A DNA stretch of 64,000 nucleotides, taken from contig CAITMK010000011.1 in assembly GCA_903893485.1 (NCBI GenBank), positions 6,636 through 70,635 on the forward strand, read 5' to 3'. The notes under the pieces were generated by a model. The model ran no database searches. It was not told the DNA's origin and worked only from the letters and a program-made list of their open reading frames with translations. Shown in pieces: positions 58,718 to 64,000 of this stretch; position 1 is the stretch's first letter, and every line of letters begins with the position of its first letter. This DNA comes from Candidatus Magasanikiibacteriota bacterium (GTDB taxonomy: Bacteria; Patescibacteriota; Patescibacteriia; Magasanikbacterales; 2-02-FULL-50-9b). A program made the position numbers and the translations under genes.

Positions 58718-59443
58718 ATGAAACCAGAGTTGGCACAGCAATTACTAAAGGCAACCGTGGCACAGTATAACCGCATTGCGGTTGAATTTGATAGTGCCCG
58801 CAGTACAGCCTCTGATTTTACTGCATTGACACGATTTGTCAAACCAGGAGACCTGGTGGTTGACGTGGCTTGCGGCAATGGCCGTTTGGCCGCTGCTTTT
58901 GCCGATCAGGAGGTCCGAATGATTGGCACGGATGGCTCAAAGGAACTTATCACAATTGCCCGTGAACGCTATGCCACCGAGATTGAAAAAGGATGGCTTG
59001 GATTTACCGTTGCGGACATTATGGAATTGCCGTTCGATCACGCGCAGTTCGATGTGTGCTTTTTCATGGCAGCGCTGCATCATGTGCCAAGTCACGCGAT
59101 GCGTATTGCCGTGATGCGAGATCTTAAAAAGATTATTAAACCAGGCGCACGCGTTATTGGTAGCGTGTGGAACTTGCGTGCAACACTTTTTACTCAGCGC
59201 TACGATTTGGAAACGCAGCTGGTAACGCCACGCTCGGGCCACGATGTGGGCGATGTATTTATTCCATGGAAATCAGGTGGTGCGGCCGAAGAACGGTATT
59301 GCCATGCGTTTACCATTGAAGAGCTTCAGGATTTGTTTACTGAGGTCGGATTTGTTATTGAAGAGTTATATCCAGTCGATCGCATGTTTGAAAAAGTAGA
59401 ATTTGCGGACTCACTGAATATCTTTTTTGTGCTCCGTGGATAA
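58718..59443 (+). CDS. Class I SAM methyltransferase, Trm9/ALKBH8-like
   Basis: YNRIA.EF...R, DVACGNGR, AALHHV, SVW, DVFIPW and RYCHAF..EEL motifs. Confidence 0.8.
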   Translation: MKPELAQQLLKATVAQYNRIAVEFDSARSTASDFTALTRFVKPGDLVVDVACGNGRLAAAFADQEVRMIGTDGSKELITIARERYATEIEKGWLGFTVADIMELPFDHAQFDVCFFMAALHHVPSHAMRIAVMRDLKKIIKPGARVIGSVWNLRATLFTQRYDLETQLVTPRSGHDVGDVFIPWKSGGAAEERYCHAFTIEELQDLFTEVGFVIEELYPVDRMFEKVEFADSLNIFFVLRG

Positions 59444-59499
59444 CTGATCTTGCACGGATACGTTCTTTTTGTTATCATCAAAAATATAAAATTACAATT

Positions 59500-59667
59500 A
59501 TGCTTACAACAACCGGTACCGACGAAGTTGCATTAGACGATGACGCAGATTTCGATGAAGATGCTGAAGAATTAGAAGGTTTTGGCCTCGCCGACGAAGA
59601 AGCTGAACCAGGTCAAAGCGATCTCATGGGTTCATCAGACGATGCATACTGGGACGAAGAAAAATAA
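59500..59667 (+). CDS. 55-aa hyper-acidic protein missed by the ORF track
   Basis: 22 of 55 residues Asp/Glu; TTGCAC-17-TATCAT promoter; stop 4 nt before dusB. Confidence 0.7.
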   Translation: MLTTTGTDEVALDDDADFDEDAEELEGFGLADEEAEPGQSDLMGSSDDAYWDEEK

Positions 59668-59671
59668 TTAA

Positions 59672-60649
59672 ATGATTTCTTGGGGCACGTTGCCAAAACC
59701 AATCATTGCACTTTCACCAATGGCGGACATGACTGATTCGCCATTTTGTCGTATTGCAAAAGAATTTGGATGGCCCGTGGTGTTCCGCGAGATGGTTTCT
59801 TCAGAGGCGCTGGTTCGTGAGTCAGCAAAAACCTTGCATATGGCCGCGTTTCACGAAGAAGAACGTCCGCTGATTCAGCAAATTTTTGGTAAGGACCCGC
59901 TCATTATGGCGCGGGCCGCAGAAATTATTGAAAAGAATTTTGCACCCGATGGTATCGACATTAATATGGGATGTCCGGTGTATAAAATCGTTTCTGATTT
60001 TAACGGCGCGTGCCTCATGAAAGATCCAGCACGTGCCACGGCGATTGTACGCGAAATGAAAAAAGCCGTGCAGGCGCCGATTTCGGTTAAGATTCGTTTG
60101 GGTTGGTCTGATCCAACCGAATGTTTAGATTTTGTAAAACAGCTCGAAGAAGCCGGCGCGGAATTAATTACCATTCACGGTCGCACACGCGCACAAGGGT
60201 ACAGTGGTGTTGCCGATTGGGAAATGGTTGGCCGCGCAAAGCAGCAAGTTTCAATTCCGGTATTGTGTAACGGCGACATTCATACGCCAGAAAAAGTTTT
60301 TGAAGCGCTAAAAATTTCTGGTTGCGATGGCGCGCTCATAGCACGCGGCGCTTTGGGCTGTCCATGGTTTTATCAGCACTACGCCGAAATTCGTGACACG
60401 GGCGTGCGCCAAACGGAAATCACACCTGCATTTCGGGCCGACGTTGTGTTGCGTCATGCGCAGTTGCACATGGCAGAGTATGGTCCGCGCGGCATTACCA
60501 CATTCCGCAAACATTTATCGTGGTACTTTAAAGGTATCGAAGGAATTAAATCATTTCGTACCGAATTAATGCAAGTCAATTCAATGGAGCGGTTGCAGGA
60601 ATTGTTGGCGCAGTTTGTAGCCGATAGCGGTACAGCTTCAGGGATTTAG
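59672..60649 (+). CDS. dusB: tRNA-dihydrouridine synthase
   Basis: LSPMADMTD, DINMGCP, KIRLG, IHGRT, NGDI and FRKHL motifs. Confidence 0.93.
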   Translation: MISWGTLPKPIIALSPMADMTDSPFCRIAKEFGWPVVFREMVSSEALVRESAKTLHMAAFHEEERPLIQQIFGKDPLIMARAAEIIEKNFAPDGIDINMGCPVYKIVSDFNGACLMKDPARATAIVREMKKAVQAPISVKIRLGWSDPTECLDFVKQLEEAGAELITIHGRTRAQGYSGVADWEMVGRAKQQVSIPVLCNGDIHTPEKVFEALKISGCDGALIARGALGCPWFYQHYAEIRDTGVRQTEITPAFRADVVLRHAQLHMAEYGPRGITTFRKHLSWYFKGIEGIKSFRTELMQVNSMERLQELLAQFVADSGTASGI

Positions 60650-61127
60650 GCGCCTCAAATATTTTTTCCGGCGTCATGCCAGGCAATTCCCAAACGTAAT
60701 TAATCAGGCGAGCGCCGTTGGGCAGCTCGTTTATTTTTTTTAATAAGTGGTCAAACGATTTTGGCATTAAAAAAGTATACACAACCGTGGTGCGGCTTAC
60801 ATCTGCTTTCCAAAAATTTCTAAAATAAATTTTCGGGCGTATATTGCGCGGCGTAAATAAACAGCGCACTTGCGCAATCAAATAGGGAAGCAAGGATATT
60901 TCATATCCAATGGCCTCAGCCGCTCCGGCGCGCATGGCAGCAAAAAGTAATCGGCCATCGCCGCAGCCTAAGTCGACAACCACGTCAGTTGGTAAAATTT
61001 CGCCAGCTTCAATGAATCGCGTGACGTCTGAAGCGCGGGCTGGTACCCAGGGCGCTGCAGAATAACCACCAATCACAAACGTGAACATGAATAAAAAAAT
61101 GATTGCAAAAAGAATGTGCAACACCAT
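60576..61127 (-). CDS. Membrane-anchored class I methyltransferase
   Basis: TM, APWVP, DLGCGDGR, GYE and VVYTFL motifs. Confidence 0.82.
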   Translation of the reverse strand: MVLHILFAIIFLFMFTFVIGGYSAAPWVPARASDVTRFIEAGEILPTDVVVDLGCGDGRLLFAAMRAGAAEAIGYEISLLPYLIAQVRCLFTPRNIRPKIYFRNFWKADVSRTTVVYTFLMPKSFDHLLKKINELPNGARLINYVWELPGMTPEKIFEAPKSLKLYRYRLQTAPTIPATAPLN

Positions 61128-61128
61128 A

Positions 61129-62376
61129 TTACTCGTAACGAAGTGCTTCCACTGGGCTGCGTTTTGCAGCTTGCTGCGCCGGATATAATCCAAACACAAT
61201 ACCTGTTACCGTTGAAACGGTTGCAGACAAAATAAGTGCGCTTGCAGGCATCATAAAAATCCAACCCGCTTGACCACCAAAATTTTTAATGACGTAGGCA
61301 ATTACATAACTGAGTGAACCGCCGAGTACCGTACCAATAATGCCACCAACCATTGTAAGCATTAACGATTCAAGTAAAAATTGCAAAATAATTTCTTTAT
61401 TTTTAGCACCAAGCGCTTTGCGTAAACCAATTTCTTTGGTTCGTTCCATAACAGACACCAGCATAATATTCATAATACCAATGCCGCCAACAATTAATGA
61501 AATGCTGGCGATGGCAGTTAAAAATGCGGTCATGACAGACGTAATATTGCCGAGCAAAGATAACACATCGGCTTGAGTACGAATCGTAAAATCATCTTTA
61601 TCTGGATTGGTAATGCGATGACTGCTGCGCATGATTTTGGTGATACGATCTTTTACAAAATTAATATCGTACTGCGGCTGCGCCTCGATGGAAACTGAGT
61701 TGTAAAAATTAATACCAAGCAATTGTTTTTGTGCAACTGACATTGGAATGATAACTAAACTGTCTTGATCGATACCAAATGCACCAACACCTTTTTGCTC
61801 AAGCACACCGATAATGCGAAAGGGAATATCTTTGAGGCGCACAATTTTTCCAATTGGTTCGCGCGCACCAAATAAATCGGTTGCAAGTTGTGAGCCAATA
61901 ATGGCAACGCGACTTGCGCCGGTGACATCCTGCTCGGTAAACGCGGCGCCTTTTGCAACATTAAAATTTCTGATACCAAAAAAATCTGGCGTGCTGCCTT
62001 CAAAAGTAACCTGAGTATCTTTATCTTCAAAAACCATGCGGGCGCCACCACGAACATCGGGCGCTAAACGTTTAATAGATGGCTCTTGTTTGAGCGCATT
62101 GATATCTGCCTCGACAAGTGTTTTTATAACGATACCAAGCGATGATTGCGGCGCAGAAAGCTGTGAGCCTTTCGTTGCACCCGGCACCACAAAAATTAAA
62201 TTGGAGCCAACGCCTTGCACTTGATTAATAATCAGCGCCTTGGCAGACGCGCCAATAGACATGAGGAGCATCACGGACGCGATACCGATAACAATACCAA
62301 GCATGGTAAGAAGCGAGCGAATTTTCGCGTTGCTCACGCCTTCATATGCGGTGCGGACAGCATCAGTTAATTTCAT
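61129..62376 (-). CDS. MacB-type ABC permease
   Basis: RSLLTMLGIVIGI, ERTKEIGLRKALGA and PVEALRYE motifs. Confidence 0.93.
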   Translation of the reverse strand: MKLTDAVRTAYEGVSNAKIRSLLTMLGIVIGIASVMLLMSIGASAKALIINQVQGVGSNLIFVVPGATKGSQLSAPQSSLGIVIKTLVEADINALKQEPSIKRLAPDVRGGARMVFEDKDTQVTFEGSTPDFFGIRNFNVAKGAAFTEQDVTGASRVAIIGSQLATDLFGAREPIGKIVRLKDIPFRIIGVLEQKGVGAFGIDQDSLVIIPMSVAQKQLLGINFYNSVSIEAQPQYDINFVKDRITKIMRSSHRITNPDKDDFTIRTQADVLSLLGNITSVMTAFLTAIASISLIVGGIGIMNIMLVSVMERTKEIGLRKALGAKNKEIILQFLLESLMLTMVGGIIGTVLGGSLSYVIAYVIKNFGGQAGWIFMMPASALILSATVSTVTGIVFGLYPAQQAAKRSPVEALRYE

Positions 62377-63050
62377 AGCGCGGTGTCTGAATCAACCAGA
62401 CCATCTTTAATGCGAATTAAACGATTGGCATATTGTGCAGTTGCAAGATCGTGCGTAACTAAAATTACCGTGCGGCCATCTTCATGTAATTTTTTGAGAA
62501 TTTCCATAACTTGTTTGCCGGATGCGGAATCAAGATTGCCCGTTGGTTCATCTGCGAAAACCACCGCGGGATTTGCAACCAAAGCGCGTGCAATCGCAAC
62601 ACGTTGTTTTTGCCCACCAGATAATTTGCCCGCGGCAATTTGTAATCTTTCAGTAAGCCCAACATTTGCAACCGCGGCTTCAATGCGTGATTTACGCGCG
62701 TCAGCGGGTAGGGAAACGCTGTACAAAAGTGGTAGTTCAACATTGCGATACACCGAAACGCGCGGCAATAAATTAAACGATTGAAACACAAAGCCGATCG
62801 TTTCGTTGCGAAATGTTGCGAGTGCCGCGTCGTCCAAGGTTTGCATTTCTTTTTCTTCGAATTTAATAATGCCCGCGGTTGGGCGATCCAAAAAACTCAG
62901 CATTTGAAGCAGCGTTGATTTACCAGAACCAGATGGACCCATGATCGCTACAAATTCACCCTGGTTAATCGTCAGGGAAATTCCTTTCAGCGCATTGGTG
63001 GTAATGTCGTTATCGACGTATACCTTGGTAATGTTGGTGGCGGTAATCAT
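62373..63050 (-). CDS. MacB/LolD-type ABC ATPase
   Basis: [22 protein letters not shown] and ADEPTGNLD motifs. Confidence 0.93.
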   Translation of the reverse strand: MITATNITKVYVDNDITTNALKGISLTINQGEFVAIMGPSGSGKSTLLQMLSFLDRPTAGIIKFEEKEMQTLDDAALATFRNETIGFVFQSFNLLPRVSVYRNVELPLLYSVSLPADARKSRIEAAVANVGLTERLQIAAGKLSGGQKQRVAIARALVANPAVVFADEPTGNLDSASGKQVMEILKKLHEDGRTVILVTHDLATAQYANRLIRIKDGLVDSDTAL

Positions 63051-63051
63051 G

Positions 63052-64000
63052 TTATTTGAGGCCAACGCTTTCGACCTGGTCATTTTCGGCAAGACCGCTG
63101 GTGATTTCGACGACACCATTCGTACCGCGCATGCCCATGGTAATTTTCGTTTTTTGACTTGGCGCACCTGCGACAATTTTTTGTACAAATGCACCGGCAT
63201 CTTCTTCGCTGATGGTATATTCCGGTAATGTCAAAACATTTTCTTTTTTCTGCGCATGAATTGTTAAGTTTGCGGTCAAACCACTTTTAACGCGCGCATC
63301 TTCTGTTTGCAATGCGATTACAATTTTGTAATTTACCACACCATCGATAATGGTTTCAGCTGGATCGATAAACGAAACATGTGCGGGAAAATTATCGCTA
63401 CCGATCGCATCAAAGGTCACAGCAACATCGTTACCCACGGCTAATTTACCAACGTCAACTTCAGGAACCTGGGCTTCAATTTCCAATGCGTTTGGTGCGA
63501 TTACGGTTGCAACCGTTGCATTTGGCGCCGCGATTTCACCACGTTGAATATCGAGGAAGGTAACGGTGCCATCAATCGGTGAACGCAACGCAAATTTTGC
63601 TAATTGCGCACTATATAACTGAACCGTAGCGGCCGCTGAGGCGACCTGCGCCTCCTGCGCTTTGATTTGATCCGGCACAACGCCTGCATTTTGCAGCGCA
63701 AGAGTATTTTGAAGCTTACTCAAGGCTAGTTTTTGCGTGACAATATTTTGTTGCAGTGCCTGCACGGCAGTTTGTGCGGTGACCAAATTAGTTATTGCAA
63801 GACTAATATTGGTACGATAAACCGCAACGGTTGCATCATTTTGTAAACACTGATTTGCGATTGAAACACGCGTTACATCCAAAAATTGTTTGATAAGCGT
63901 AAGCTGGCTTGCTGCATCCGCCAAAATACGTTCCTTTTCGGTTGCGTCGGTGGTTGCTGAAATATCTGTTACATCTTTTTGAATCCGCGCTAATATATAG
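63052..64000 (-). CDS. MacA/HlyD-like membrane fusion protein, 5' end outside the window
   Basis: Coiled coil, LRSPIDGTV, EITSGL. Confidence 0.85.
   Translation of the reverse strand, partial: YILARIQKDVTDISATTDATEKERILADAASQLTLIKQFLDVTRVSIANQCLQNDATVAVYRTNISLAITNLVTAQTAVQALQQNIVTQKLALSKLQNTLALQNAGVVPDQIKAQEAQVASAAATVQLYSAQLAKFALRSPIDGTVTFLDIQRGEIAAPNATVATVIAPNALEIEAQVPEVDVGKLAVGNDVAVTFDAIGSDNFPAHVSFIDPAETIIDGVVNYKIVIALQTEDARVKSGLTANLTIHAQKKENVLTLPEYTISEEDAGAFVQKIVAGAPSQKTKITMGMRGTNGVVEITSGLAENDQVESVGLK

Noticed and set aside
1-64000. CRISPR array, rRNA, IS transposase or stop-codon reassignment
   Set aside because: No regularly spaced repeats, rRNA or transposase motifs seen; conserved genes are full length in the standard code and several end in TGA

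Overview
64 kb of bacterial chromosome using the standard genetic code. Gene style (tight taATG coupling, almost no Shine-Dalgarno motifs on core genes, DUF5666/DUF5663-type proteins, one giant orphan) suggests Patescibacteria/CPR; this is inference. The backbone carries cell-wall and division genes (murA, mraY, ftsW, murG, murE, murF, ftsB-like, ftsEX, ctpA), glycosyltransferases, era, rpmA, typA, tsaE, folD, glyA, dusB, two MacAB-like ABC systems, a redox cluster and six tRNAs. Main observations: (1) A ~7.3 kb island (35799-43112) is integrated at the last bases of tRNA-Glu. Its large serine recombinase gene is split by integration: it now ends in 11 codons read from the tRNA antisense strand, while an in-frame 44-codon tail sits at the other island end. 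A ~130-nt structured RNA with its own promoter and terminator lies divergent from the recombinase. (2) Small hairpin elements next to tRNAs share a core sequence, but their arms copy the neighbouring tRNA. (3) Fold-back antisense copies of the typA and tsaE 3' ends flank a pair of foreign genes. (4) Five dispersed GC-rich orphan cassettes share one promoter/SD/hairpin design. (5) An Elp3 gene and a Trm9/ALKBH8-like gene sit head-to-head with zero spacing. All product calls come from motif recognition by eye; no database searches were run.
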